Shown here: piece after piece, positions 1 through 12,429 of the stretch
Layout of the letters: each line of letters begins with the position of its first letter
How positions within the stretch are numbered: the stretch's first letter is position 1
Origin: Chiloscyllium plagiosum
Lineage: Eukaryota
Length of the DNA: 64,000 nt
Assembly: GCF_004010195.1 (NCBI RefSeq)
Contig: NC_057750.1
Location: 5,132,159-5,196,158, forward strand
Direction: 5' to 3'
The notes under the pieces: generated by a model
Seen by the model: the letters and a program-made list of their open reading frames with translations, nothing else
What the model was told of the DNA's origin: nothing
Database searches by the model: none
Position numbers and translations under genes: made by a program

Positions 1-735
1 TTCCATCTCCATCTCCCTCTTTGTTCCAATGTATGTTTCTGTCTATGTATCTTTCTACATTCCTGTCTCCTTCCCAAGTCTCCCTATCTTTCCCTGTATT
101 TCTCTCTCAATCTCTGTCCTTCTCTTGCCTGCCACCCCTTCTCTACCTCTGTCTGTCTTTATTTGTGTACAATTCCTTCCCTTCTCATTCGGGCAATTGG
201 AAAGAAAATTAGAACGCATGATATGTTGAAAGGAACAAATTGTTAACTGTACCATCCCTGGTAAAGGTTGAGAAAGTAATTCATCGATGGGTGATGTCAT
301 TTAAGAGTTCAAACGCCCGCTTTATTTCCATTGCAAATTAGTTGTTTTCTTTCCCGCTTAGTGACTGACCATCTGGCGTGTGTGAGGATGGTAATAAAAC
401 ATTTCCAGATCTGGCGTAGGATAGATTGAGTCGGAACTAGGTGATCTGCAGCAGTGAAACTGCAGGAGTTCTGATATTGACACATGTACCCCCAATGCCC
501 TGTGTCTGAAACAGCTAGGGCTCCGTCTGCACAGAATGTAACAGGAAATGTATCTTTATGTAACTCAAAGCAACTCTGAGTGGAGTTGGGAGAGTCTCTT
601 CTGAAGCAGAGTTGACTTGTCGAGATCTGGTTTGCTGTCTGCGAGTGGAGGCGTTAAAGATATCACCTCACAAGGAGTAAAAGGCCCCAGTGAGGGTAAC
701 AATGTGAATGTCAGGTGCTGTTTAGTCATACATAG

Positions 736-1320
736 TGATATGGAACAGACCAAACCCCCTCAAAATATTGAGAAGATAGCCTGCGTCCTAACTTTTTCTT
801 ATTTTAAAGGTGTTGCATTTTGGATACAATTTGATTGGTCAAATGACCAGATTTGAAGTAAATACACTTTATTCATACACTATAGTTAAAATAAAACAAG
901 GAGAGAAGAAATCAGAATAGCCTAACTGTACTGGAAAATTGAACAGCATAATGGATTATTTAACTACTAAACAGTTACTGTTCTAATATAGTAACAACCC
1001 ATAAACACAGTTTAAAAATCACACAACACCAGATTATAGTCCAACAGGTTTATTTTGGAAGCACTAGCTTTCGGAACGCTGCTCCTTCATCGGGTGGTTG
1101 TGGCACCGAAAGCTAGTGCTTCCAAAATAAACCTGTTGGACTATAACCTGGTGTTGTGTGATTTTTAACTTTGTCCAACCCAGTCCAACACCGGCACCTC
1201 CAAATCATGACTCCCATAGACACACCTTTTTGACAAAAGACAAATGCAGTAAAATAGATTGTCTCACAAGCAATTCACCATACCAGGACCAAAATCATCA
1301 AGAAAATTTTCTGACAAAGA
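736..1320. mobile_element. Solo-LTR-like repeat, interrupted and truncated
   Basis: tgatatggaacagaccaaaccccctcaaaatattgagaagatagc aligns with the start of the 41136 element. Confidence 0.5.
1009..1210. mobile_element. Palindromic Penelope-like element (family A), inserted in a solo-LTR-like repeat
   Basis: Same inverted arms as 63703-63905; hammerhead core on the minus strand at 1062-1096 has a U4>C change (CCGATGA). Confidence 0.8.
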
Positions 1321-1321
1321 A

Positions 1322-1860
1322 CATAGAACATGGAACAGTACAGGCCTTTCGGCCCTCGATGTTGTGCCAATCTTTTATCCTACTCTAAGATCAAACTGAC
1401 CTACATACCCTTCAATTTACTAATTTCTATCTGCCTATCCAAGAATCGCTTAAATGTTCCTGATGTCTCTGACTCTACTACCAGTGTACCTGCCACTCTG
1501 TGTGTAAAGAACCAACCTCTGACATCTCCCCTAAACCTTCCTTCAATCACCTTAAAATTATGCCCCCTCATGATAGCTATTTCTGCCCTGGGAAAAAGTC
1601 CACATACTTCCTATAATGCAGCAACCAAAACTCTACACAATACTCCAAGTGGCCACACCAGAGTTTGTACAGCTGCAGCATGACCTTGTGGCTCTGAAAC
1701 TCAATCCCTCTCTAAATAAAACCTAACACACCGTATGCCTTCTTAACAAACCTATCAACCAGGGTAGCAACTTTCAGGGATCTATGTACCTGGACACTGA
1801 GATCTCTCTGCTCATCGACACTACCAAGAATCTTACCATTAGCCCAGTACTCTGCAATCC
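1322..1860 (-). mobile_element. CR1 LINE 3' fragment
   Basis: Same subfamily sequence as 34025-34860, with internal deletions. Confidence 0.85.
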
Positions 1861-2329
1861 TGGGATGTGCTGGGATAGTCTAGAGGTTACAACAAAACGA
1901 ACTAGGGTTTCAGCAGCTGATGAGCTGAGACAGGGAAGGACCCGGACAGTATTACAGATGTGGAAATAAATATCTGATGTAGAATTACAGAATTGTTCCA
2001 GCTCAGAAAGAGGCCATTTGGCCCACTTTATCTGCTTCTGCTCTCCACGTAAGCAGCCAGTTGACTTCCATTCTCCCTGTACCCCTGCACATGTTCACTT
2101 CCAAACATCTCAACTGAATCTGCCTGCACCACACTCTGCATTCCATTTTCTAGCCTCTCGCTGCCTGAAAAATGGTTCATTTCCTCGTACAGCTACTGTT
2201 TCTTTCACTCATTACAGTGGCCCTCCCGTTCTCTATCCCTTTCGCAATGCCTCCCTGCCCATGCTGTAGGGCGTGAGCACTCCCTCCGCACTGCACTGGG
2301 ATTGGCAACACAGATCAGATGCTTCTGTG

Positions 2330-2640
2330 GGGCGGCACGGTGGCTCAGTGGTTAGCACTGCTGCCTCACAGCGCCAGGGACCCGGGTTCAATTCCAGCCT
2401 CGGGCGACTGTCTGTGTGGAGTTTGCATGTTCTCCTTGTGTCTGCGTGGGTTTCCTCCGGGTGCTCCGGTTACCTCCCATAGTTCAAAGATGTGCAGGTT
2501 AGGGTGAATTTGCCATGCTAAATTGTTAGGTGCATCATTTAAAGGAAAATGGGTCTGGGTGGGTTACTCTTCAGAAGATTGCTGTGGATTTGTTGGGCCG
2601 AAGGTCCTGTTTCCACACATTATAAAGAATCTGATCTAAT
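2330..2640 (+). mobile_element. HE1-type tRNA-derived SINE (representative + copy)
   Basis: ggcggcacggtggctcagtggttagcactgctgcctcacagcgccagggacccgggttcaattcc head with A/B boxes and a CR1-like tail. Other + copies near 18395, 22816, 29875, 32071, 46113, 51048 and 56848. Confidence 0.9.
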
Positions 2641-2843
2641 CTTCATCCTCCATACCCAGTCTTGAACCTCCGACCTGCTAAACTCAGGAGTTTGGGTGCT
2701 CAAACTCTCCAGGTTGGGAGGAGGAGGATGAGTGGGAAGATTTGAGTTTGTAGCTCCTACCACGATTGATCATTCTGCCTTCTGCTTTTAATCCTGAAGT
2801 CTGTAATTGCAATAATTTACTGCAGTGCTTTATTTATTTACAG

Positions 2844-2890
2844 TGATCTCCCGACCTCTGTCATCTGAGCTGGAGAAGGAAGATGAGAAG
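2844..2890 (+). CDS. CCER2: Chromogranin-family (CCER2-like) gene, coding exon 2: xISRPLSSELEKEDEK
   Basis: tttatttacAG acceptor and GTaact donor; 47 nt, phase 1 to 0, matching the recalled size of CHGA/CHGB exon 2; splices in frame to 7684. Confidence 0.8.
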
Positions 2891-3067
2891 GTAACTGAGC
2901 TTTCCTTTGCCCTGTTTGTAAACCTCATTGTTCAGCCTGTCTTCTCTCTACTCCTGTATTTTTAACCGCTGCCGGCCAAACCTTCAGCTGTTTGGACCCC
3001 AAACTCTGGAATTCCCACCTTAAATCAGTCCCTCTCCTGTTTTAGGGAGGACTTTAAAATCAACCTC

Positions 3068-3240
3068 AAACAGAAATAGTTGGAAAAGCTCCGCAGATCT
3101 GTGGAGAGAAATCAGAGTTAACCTTTCAGGTCCAGTGACCCTTCCTCAGAACAGTTCTGGACCCGAAACATTAACTCTGATTTCTCTCTGCCAGACCTGC
3201 AGAGCTTTTCCAGCTATTTCTTGATGTTCTGACAGCATCT
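3068..3240. mobile_element. Penelope-like family C palindromic element with hammerhead-like core
   Basis: Minus strand GTT-CTGAGGA-A-GGGTC(ACTG)GACCT-GAAA-GG-TT-AAC at 3117-3152; related copies near 9765-9885, 42225-42345 and 4570-4760. Confidence 0.7.
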
Positions 3241-3524
3241 ACAAGTTTTTAAAATCAGTCTGACTTACTCCTGTGGCTCACAGTCAGTTACTGTTTGCTA
3301 AGTGAAGCAGCTTTATTACACTGCAGCTTTCAGATCTAAACTCTACAATAACAGAAGCAAGCTGCATTTATGCAGAGCCTTTAATGTAGTGGAACGTCCC
3401 AAATTGCTTCTCTATCATACAATGATCCCTCCGTGAGGGGGGCAGGGTAGGGGAGCAGCTTCCCCCCCATCCCAGAATGAGGGGAGTAATCCTCTCTCCT
3501 CCCACCCATTCCTCAGGATTTGAG

Positions 3525-3935
3525 TTATAGGGAGAGGCAGGGGCTTTGTTTCCCTGGAGCGTTGATGGTTGAGGAATGACCCTTATGGAGGTTTATAAAA
3601 TCATGAGGGGCATGGATAGGGTGATTAGCAAAGGTCCTTTCCCCAGGGGTGGGAGAGTCCAAAACCTGAGGGCATAGGTTTAGGGTGAGAGGGGAAAGAT
3701 ATAAAAGAGAACCAAGGGGCAACTTTTTCACCCAGCGGGTGGTGTGTGTATGGAATGAGCTGCCAGAGGAAGTGGGTGGAGACTGGTACATTTAAAAGGC
3801 ATCTGGATGGGTGCATGAATAGGAAGGGTTTAGAGGGATATGGGGCAAATGCTGACAAATGGGACTCGATTAGGTTGGGAAACCTGGTCAGCATGGACGA
3901 GTTGGGTCTGTTTCCATGCCGTGTGACTCTGAGAC
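3525..3935 (+). mobile_element. CR1 LINE 3' fragment
   Basis: gaggtttataaaatcatgaggggcatggatagg...gggtttagagggatatgggg; this block recurs more than 20 times in the window. Confidence 0.85.
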
Positions 3936-4870
3936 CCGATAACTGATTCTGAACCACAAGAGGAGAAACTGAGAGAAATGAGGTTGATTTTAAGGAGCTC
4001 CTTCATGCAGGACAGACGGAGGGAGAGATGGACGGAGGCAGGGATGGAGACAGATTTCAGAGTGTGAGGCCCAGACAGGCAAAGTGATTAAAATCAGGGG
4101 GACGTTGGGGACACACAGAGCTCCGAGGATAATGAGGCTAAAGGAAGTTGCAGAGATGGGGAGGGGATTGTGATGACAAGGATGGCCTTGGTAAAGTAGA
4201 TGGGAAAATGACTGGCACCAAGCAAGCACCTCCCCATCCTGACTCTGAAGGAAACAGCGATGTATTTCCAGGTCCAAATCCTGGAATTCCCTCCCTCAGG
4301 GCATTGTGTGGGTGTCCCTATACCACATAGAGCACAGGGGTTCAAGAAGGCAACTCAACCCCCCCGCACCTTCGGAAGGGGCAACTAGGGATGGGGAATG
4401 GCCAGTGACACTCTCATCCCACGAATGAATGAAGAAAAAAGTGGGAGAGAATTTTAAAGTTGAGACATCATTGGACCGAGAAAAAAATGGAGATGGCTAA
4501 TTCACCGTTGACCTGGTCTCGACCAACACTCTCCTCAAACCCAGCACTGCCCGTGTGAGATACAGACAGGAAACATCGCAAAAGCTGAGCAGGCCCAGCA
4601 TTTGGGGAGAGAGGAACCAAGTTAATGTTTCAGTTTCAAGACTCTTCATTTGATTTAAAAGCCATTGAAATCACCTGTACTGTGAGCCCTCTCTCTCTAG
4701 AGGCTGCCTGACCTGCTGAATATTTCCCAAAATTCCTGGTATTTGGTTCTGATTTCCTGCACTGTTCCCGCTCCCTCCATTGTAGTGTTGTCCCTGTGGA
4801 GGTTGGAGGTAGGGGTTGGCCTCATTTAGTGAGAACATTCCTTTGAAAAGAGTGAAGGTTCATGGGGTTG

Positions 4871-5475
4871 AGTCATAGAGTCATAGAGCTGTACAGCACG
4901 GAAACAGACCCTTCAGTCCAACCCGTCCATGCCGACCAGATATCCCAACCCAATCTAGTCCCACATGCCAGCACCCGGCCCATATCCCTGCAAACCCATC
5001 CTATTCATATACCCATCCAAATGCCTCTTAAATGTTGCAATTGTATCAGCCTCCACCACATCCTCTGGCAGCTCATTCCGTACACATACCACCCTCTGCG
5101 TGAAAAAGTTGCCCTTGAGTCTCTTTTATATTTTTCCCCTCTCACCATAAACCTATGCCGTCTAGTTCTGGACTCTCTGACCCCAGGGAAAAGACTTTGC
5201 CTATCTATCCTATCCATGCCCCTCTTAATTTTGTAAACCTCTATAAGGTCACCCCTCAGCCTCCGACGCTCCAGGGAAAACAGCCCCAGCCTGTTCAACC
5301 TCTCCCTGTAGCTCAAATCCTACAACCCTGGCAACCTCCTTGTAATTCTTTTCTGAACCCTTTCAAGTTTCACAACATCTTTCCGGTAGGAAGAAGACCA
5401 GAATTGCACGCAATATTCCAACAGTGGCCTAACCAATGTCCTGTACAGCCGCAACATGACCTCCCAATTCCTGTA
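4871..5475 (-). mobile_element. CR1/HER1 LINE 3' fragment
   Basis: LYRTLVRPLLEYCVQFWS and YRERLNRLGLFSLERRRLRGDLIEVYK. Confidence 0.9.
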
Positions 5476-6864
5476 GGATCTGAGAAAAGATGTACAGAGA
5501 CCTGAGTAGGCCATTCAAGCCTGTTCCAGCACTTCGTATGATCGTGGCTGATTTTTGTGTTCCAATTCCCCTTCTCGTTCTGCTCCCCATATCCCTCAAC
5601 TGCCTGAGAAATTCCTGCTCTTAGTCTTCTTCGATGGTGGAGCATCCGCAGCTCCCTGACAATTCCAAAGATTCACAGCCCTCTGACTGAAGAAGCTTCT
5701 CCTAGTCTCAGTTCATAGAATCCCTACAGTGTGGAAGCAGGCCATTCGGCCCATCAAGTCCACAATGACCCTCTGAAGAGCATCTCACAATGCTGCTATG
5801 GAGGGGGTTTCAGGATTTTGACCGAGCGACACTACCCAATGATGTCAATCATTGAATCTCTACAGTGTGGAAGCAGGCCGTTCAGCCCATTGAGTCCTCA
5901 CCAAAGAGCATCCCACCCAGATCCTCCCCCTATCTTACCCCGGTAACCCTGCATTTCCCATTGCAGATCCGCCCTAACCTGCACATCTTTGTACTGTGGG
6001 AGGAAACCGGAGCACCCGGAAGAAACCCACGCAGACACGGGGAGAATGTGCAAACTCCACACAGACAGTCGCCCGAGGGTAGAATCGAACTCTGGTCCCT
6101 GCTGCTGAGAGGCAGCAGTGTTAACCACTGAGCCACTGTGCCAATCCACGAGTTGCAAATGATCAGCCCCTCATCCTATGCCCCTTGTTTGACATTCCTG
6201 GAGTGTTGTGTCCTATAAAACCATCAGAAATAGGAGCAGGAGTAGGAGTAGGCCATTTGGCCCCTTGACACTATTCTGCCATTCAGTAGGATCATGTCTG
6301 ATCTGATATTCCTCATACCCACTTCCCTGCCCTTTCCCTGTAACCCTTGATTTCTCTGACTGATCGAGAATCTGTCTGTCCTTTCAGTATTCACGTGGTC
6401 AAATATCTTCAGAATCTTTTCATATTAGAATGAGATCTTCTCTTTCTGCAGAAAATTGGCACTCAAACCTCCTCAAGCCCAGCCACCAAACTAGTGAACC
6501 TTCGATGTGCTCTCTCCAACACAAGTAAATCCTTCCCTCAAAAACAGAGACCAAACATTTTGCACAGTATTCCAGTCTCCCCAAATCCCGGAGAAAGGGT
6601 AACACTGGATTAGGGTTTAGATAGGAATTTGGAAGAAGTTGATGAGATAACCAGTTGAGAGATCTACTGATGGAGTCTAGGATAAAGGGGTCAAAGCCTA
6701 GACATCAGAGCAAAATAGTTCAGGAGAGACATCAAAAAACACTTCTCCAGCGACAGAGTGGAAATCTCTCATTTATGTTGGCATTTTATTTCTAATGAGC
6801 TAGGAACCAACTGCTTGTGAGGATATTTTTTGGGGGACCACATTTCAGTATCACATTGTAGTCT

Positions 6865-7360
6865 TGGAGTCACACAGCATGGAAACAGACCCTTCGGCCC
6901 ACCAGTCCATGCTGACCATAATCCCCAAACTAAACCAGGCCCACCTGCCTGCTCCTGGCCCATATCCCTCCAATCCTTTCCTATTCACGTACTTATCCAA
7001 ATGTCTTTTAAATGTTATAATTACACCCACATCCACCACTTACTCAGGATGTTCATTTCTCACAAGAACCACCCTCTGTGTAAAAACGTTTGCCGTTCGT
7101 GTCTTTTTTTGAAAACCCTCTCTCTCCCCAACTTGAAAATGTGCTCCCTAGTCTTGAAATCCCCCATCCTTGGGAAAAGACAACTCTATCCATATCCGTC
7201 ATTATTTTATAAACCTCTGTCAGGTCACCCCTCAAACTTCCTGCGCTCCAGTGAAAAATGTCCCAACCTCCCTTTATAACTCAAACCTTCCTTACTCAGC
7301 AAATCCTGGTAAATCTCTTCTGAAGCTTCTCCAGCTTAATAATATCCTTCCTGTAGCTGG
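6865..7360 (-). mobile_element. CR1 LINE 3' fragment
   Basis: RGDLTEVYKIM and FKRHLDKYVNRKGLEGYG. Confidence 0.85.
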
Positions 7361-7683
7361 TGTGACTGGAGCACTGTATCAGTCTACCAGCCACGTGGAG
7401 GAGTGCAGCAAGAAGCACACTCGGTTAATCTAGTTTTGGGAAAACTAGCCTAGTTTTGAACCTAGAAAAATTATTTCCACTGTTCCAAATAAATCAACAG
7501 ATGTTACCTCAATTAATCTTTTAAGTTTCACGGACGTTTGCACAAAAGGTATGAAGCAAAGGCAGGTAAATTGTGATCAGAACAAAGTGAGTTGCAGACC
7601 AGTCTTGAGGGGCTGAATGGCCTCCTGCAGTTTCTTGTTGATGTGATTTAAATGGCTGTGTGTACCTTTGTCTCCCTCTGCAG

Positions 7684-7777
7684 GTGACCAGGTGTATTGT
7701 TGAAGTGATTTCAGATACACTTTCCAAACCCAACCCATTGCCAGTCAGCAGTGAATGCAACAAGGTCCTCAAAGAAG
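7684..7777 (+). CDS. CCER2: Chromogranin-family (CCER2-like) gene, exon 3: VTRCIVEVISDTLSKPNPLPVSSECNKVLKE (disulfide loop)
   Basis: ccctctgcAG acceptor and GTtgaa donor; 94 nt; encodes the granin N-terminal Cys-x20-Cys loop, close to CHGA KCIVEVISDTLSKPSPMPVSQEC. Confidence 0.92.
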
Positions 7778-7919
7778 GTTGAACGGCTGCAAATACATTC
7801 TTCCTGTGTCTTTGCCTTTACTTTCCTCTCCCCAATCTATTTTCTTTGTTGAATATGACAACTTGTTTCTTCTAAGATATCAATGCTCCTTCTCTGACTG
7901 AATCCTGTATCTGTCTCTC

Positions 7920-10106
7920 ACTTTGTGCTCTTTCTCTGATCTCTCTGAGTCTCATCATTTCCATCTCTCCCTCTCTGTTACGATTTCTTTCCCTAGTTCC
8001 ATCTGTTTTTCTCCTCTCTCCTCATTCCTTTGTGTCTATCTTTCAGTTTCTGACTGTCTTTCTCTCCCACTGTCTCCTTCAGTAACTCACTCTCTTTCTT
8101 ATTCCCTGTTTTTCTCTGTCTCTCCAACTCTCTTTATCACCCTTGTTCTGTCTCAGTCAGTGCATTGCTTTTTCCTCTGTCTCCCCTTATTCCTCACTTC
8201 TCTCTTTCTCAGAATCTCTCCAACTCCCTCTCTATTTCCCTTTGAGAGCTCTCTCTCTATCCTTCTCTCTCTCTATCCTTCTCTCTCTCTCTATCCTTCT
8301 CTCTCTCTGTCTTTATCCGTATCTCGTCCATCCCGGCCCACACATCACATATTATTCTGACATTACACCAAGCCTTTGAGGAGAATTTCACATTCAGGGT
8401 TTTAATTTCCTCCTGTGTGTCAGACACTTAACATGGTTGTGTCAAATCCCAAGGCCCTGGTTATTTTAACCTCAGGCTTAAAACTTGCTTTAAAATGGCA
8501 GAGCCACAATCAATCTCAGTTAACCAGAGACCCTTAAAAATCCAGGGATCCCAGAAGAAATCAAACCTCGGGGTAACAAATAGACACAACTCACACGGCA
8601 CCATGGGGTTTAGCCTGTCGAATAGGCCTCAGGCTGATGTCCGCCCCTCCCCTCTCGAGGAAGCTTCTAGCGAAGGGAAGGATTTCCNNNNNNNNNNNNN
8701 NNNNNNNNNNNNNNNNNNNNNNNNNNNNNNNNNNNNNNNNNNNNNNNNNNNNNNNNNNNNNNNNNNNNNNNNNNNNNNNNNNNNNNNNNNNNNNNNNNNN
8801 NNNNNNNNNNNNNNNNNNNNNNNNNNNNNNNNNNNNNNNNNNNNNNNNNNNNNNNNNNNNNNNNNNNNNNNNNNNNNNNNNNNNNNNNNNNNNNNNNNNN
8901 NNNNNNNNNNNNNNNNNNNNNNNNNNNNNNNNNNNNNNNNNNNNNNNNNNNNNNNNNNNNNNNNNNNNNNNNNNNNNNNNNNNNNNNNNNNNNNNNNNNN
9001 NNNNNNNNNNNNNNNNNNNNNNNNNNNNNNNNNNNNNNNNNNNNNNNNNNNNNNNNNNNNNNNNNNNNNNNNNNNNNNNNNNNNNNNNNNNNNNNNNNNN
9101 NNNNNNNNNNNNNNNNNNNNNNNNNNNNNNNNNNNNNNNNNNNNNNNNNNNNNNNNNNNNNNNNNNNNNNNNNNNNNNNNNNNNNNNNNNNNNNNNNNNN
9201 NNNNNNNNNNNNNNNNNNNNNNNNNNNNNNNNNNNNNNNNNNNNNNNNNNNNNNNNNNNNNNNNNNNNNNNNNNNNNNNNNNNNNNNNNNNNNNNNNNNN
9301 NNNNNNNNNNNNNNNNNNNNNNNNNNNNNNNNNNNNNNNNNNNNNNNNNNNNNNNNNNNNNNNNNNNNNNNNNNNNNNNNNNNNNNNNNNNNNNNNNNNN
9401 NNNNNNNNNNNNNNNNNNNNNNNNNNNNNNNNNNNNNNNNNNNNNNNNNNNNNNNNNNNNNNNNNNNNNNNNNNNNNNNNNNNNNNNNNNNNNNNNNNNN
9501 NNNNNNNNNNNNNNNNNNNNNNNNNNNNNNNNNNNNNNNNNNNNNNNNNNNNCTCTCTTTCTCTGTGTCTCTCTTTGTCTGTCTGCCTGTCTCTCTCTCT
9601 CTCTCAGTCTCTGTGAGTATGTATATCTATCCTTATTAGTCTGTTTTTCTATCATTCAACTCCCTGTCTCTCTTTCTCCCTCCCTGCCTCAGAGTCTCAC
9701 TGTCTCTATGCCTGTTTCTGTCAGTCACTTTCTGCCTGTTTCTTTCTTTCTCTCTCTCAAACAAAAGCAGAACTTGCTGGAAAAGCTCAACAGGTTTGGC
9801 AGCATCTGTGAAGAGAAATGGGAGAGTTAACATTTCGGAAGTAGTGAGGAAGGATCACTGGACCTGAAACATTAACTCTGATATCTGCAGTTCTTTCAAT
9901 CTGTCTCTGTCTGTCTGTCACTGTCTCTCTCTCTCTCTCTCTCAATTTTTGTATCTTCCTTGTCTCTTAACAGTCTCTTTCCCTCTGTGTGTTTCGTGCT
10001 CTCTTTCTCTGTCTGCCTCTCTTTGTTTGACTCTATTTTTCTGTCTGTGTCTCTATCTCTCTACCATTACTTCTCCAAGTCTGTGTCTTTTTCTGTTCTC
10101 TATGTC

Positions 10107-10146
<40 letters not shown>

Positions 10147-10150
10147 GTCA
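7920..10150 (+). repeat. CT-rich low-complexity tracts (~7920-8330 and ~9553-10150) around assembly gap 8688-9552
   Basis: (CT)n/(CTGT)n-like sequence; similar tracts at 1-185, and GA-rich tracts at 39540-39930 and 47780-48030. Confidence 0.9.
8688..9552. other. Assembly gap (N run); smaller gaps at 12430-12492 and 40583-40615
   Basis: Runs of n. Confidence 1.
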
Positions 10151-10504
10151 GTTGCTGTTAATCTTGTCAAAAGCCTTTGATTTCAGGCATCAGTTACATT
10201 ATAAAACATGATCCTGGTTCCAATCGATTAAGAGTCTGAACATGACTCAGCAATGGCAAATGCTGTCTAACTGACCTTGAGATGGACAGTCCAATGAGTA
10301 AATGAGACTTGTTGAATTTAATTTCACAACTTCCCTTGACGGGAATTGAACTCAGTGTTGCTAATTCCTAACCATATCTGGTAGACTAATAAACCTGTAT
10401 CAGTTCTTCGGAATACAGAATTCTTGAATCGTTAACTCTTACCAACTCTAATAAAGATCTTCCGCATTGAATATTCTTCAACTCTTAATTGTCTCCATTT
10501 GCAG

Positions 10505-11364
10505 AGGTGACCAGAGAAGGTGCCACCAAGAAAAGTGACAAAAAATGGAACTACCCGGAGGAAGACAGCATTGAATGGAGAGAAGAGGAACGCATGAACA
10601 GGCCACAGATGTTGGACAAGAAAGGATTAAGTGCTGAGAGGAGGGATGATGTCAGTCACCGAGAATGGACCGATGCTAAGAAGGATGTCCCTTTAAAGAG
10701 AGAGGAAGATCTGGGGGAATATGAAGAAAGTGAAGAAGACCTGAAGGAGCAGCATGATTATAAAATTGGCAAAGATGACACCAAAGTAGTCCTCCACGAA
10801 AGCGAGGAAGAGCTGAGTGAGGACGAAAAGCAAAGTCCTGAGAAGAGGCACCGAGAATCCTCTGAGGAGGAGGATCGCTCGTCCAGGGAAGACAAGCAGG
10901 AGGACCGCGATATCCTCCAGATAGACGAGCTAATTGAGAAGATTGCCAGGGAGGAACTGGAAGAGGAAGATGGAAAGCGAGCTGATGAGAAGAAGCATCA
11001 CGTCAAAGAGTACAGCTCGGAGGAGGAAGAGGAGGACTATAGGAAGAGGAGTGAGGAAGCTCCGGCCCATGTGACGAAGCGAGTGGAGGAAAATGCCAGC
11101 GATGAAGAAACTGATCAGTTTGAAACTGAGGAAAAGGGAGTCAAGGTCTTCGATTCCAAGAGCCATCTGCATGAGACTGATGACAAACGTTCCCTAGAGA
11201 AGAAAGCACAGGATGAAAAGAGACACCATTTTCTGGAAGAAGGTATGGGTTTGAAGAGGCATGATGATGAGCTTGATTACCTGGAGGAGAGGCATCATGG
11301 TATTGCAGACAGTGAAGAGGTGGAGGAAGACGAGAGGGAGGAGGAAAGGAAACTGAACTATGAG
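10505..11364 (+). CDS. CCER2: Chromogranin-family (CCER2-like) gene, large acidic exon 4
   Basis: Inside ORF 10489-11502; tttgcAG acceptor (phase 1, matching exon 3) and GAG|GTtagt donor. Very Glu/Asp-rich with many KR/KK/RR sites. KRVEENASDEETDQFETEEKGVKV resembles recalled human CCER2 [24 protein letters not shown]. Confidence 0.9.
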
Positions 11365-11789
11365 GTTAGTGTCGAATTTTATTCATTTCTCCTGAATTTT
11401 GAGGTGAGTGAGACAGTAACTGTTACTCTTCATTCCTCATGGAAAAAACAGGTCCTTGTAATTCTAAGTGACTCTCTAACATTGATACCCGCACCTGCCT
11501 AGGTACAAGAGGAGGCCATTCAGCCCTTCTATTATTCAGTTAAAACATTCCCCAAATCAGCTACTCACCTTAATTCCATATTTCTTAATACCCTTGACTG
11601 TGAAAAACCTATCAATCCCAGTTTTTAAAATTTTCAATTGACCCCAAAGTCTCCAGGTTCTCTACCACTATTCCCCACATTTGGATGAAGCATTGTTTCC
11701 TTACATTAACCCCCAAAGGTTCTGGCTTCGATTTTAAGGTGAGATCTCTCTTTGTTCTTCTCCCCTCCAGCCACAGGAGGCGCTGTCTG

Positions 11790-12429
11790 GAGTCATAGTC
11801 ATTCAGCATTGAAACAGACCCTTCGACCCAACTCATCCATGCTGACCAGGATTCCCAAACTAAACTATTCCCACTTGCCTGTGTTTGGCCCATATCCGTC
11901 TAAATCTTTCCTATCCGTGTACCTGTCCAAATGCTTTACAATTCCTTGAATGATGATTAAGGAGTGATATAACGAAAGAGTTTAAGAAGACTCAGGAGGT
12001 GATAATATACAGCGAGAGCATGGTGGATTGTACAGACATTGGTGAGGCCACTTTTAGAGTACTGTGTACAGTTCTGGTCATCCCTGCTATAGGAAGGATA
12101 CTATTCAATTGGAAAGGGTTCAGAAAGATTCAGTTGTAAGGAGAGGCTTGGGGCTGTTTTCCCTGGAGCATCGGACGCTGAGGAGCAACCTTATAGAGGT
12201 TTATAAAATCATGAGGAACGTGGATAGGATAAATAGGCAAAGTCTTTTCCCTGGGGTGGGGGAGTCCAGTACTAGAGGGCATAGATTTAAGGTGAGAGGG
12301 GAAAGGGACCTTGGCAACGTTTTCACACAGAGGGTGGTGCGTGTACGGAATAATCTGCCAGAGGAAGTGGTGGATGCTGGTACAATTACATTTAAAAGAC
12401 ATCTGGATGGGTATATGAATAGGAAGGGT
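11790..12429. mobile_element. CR1 LINE fragments (minus-strand tail ~11790-11935; plus-strand body ~12020-12429)
   Basis: ORF 12064 CR1-like translation. Confidence 0.8.

Noticed and set aside
2330..2400. tRNA genes at SINE heads
   Set aside because: They are tRNA-derived SINE heads continuing into SINE bodies, present in many copies.
8495..9830. Long ORFs of 354-397 aa
   Set aside because: Artefacts of the N gap.
10489..11502. 337-aa ORF as a stand-alone gene
   Set aside because: It is an internal exon (10505-11364) with splice sites; the TTG start and hydrophobic tail are intronic read-through.
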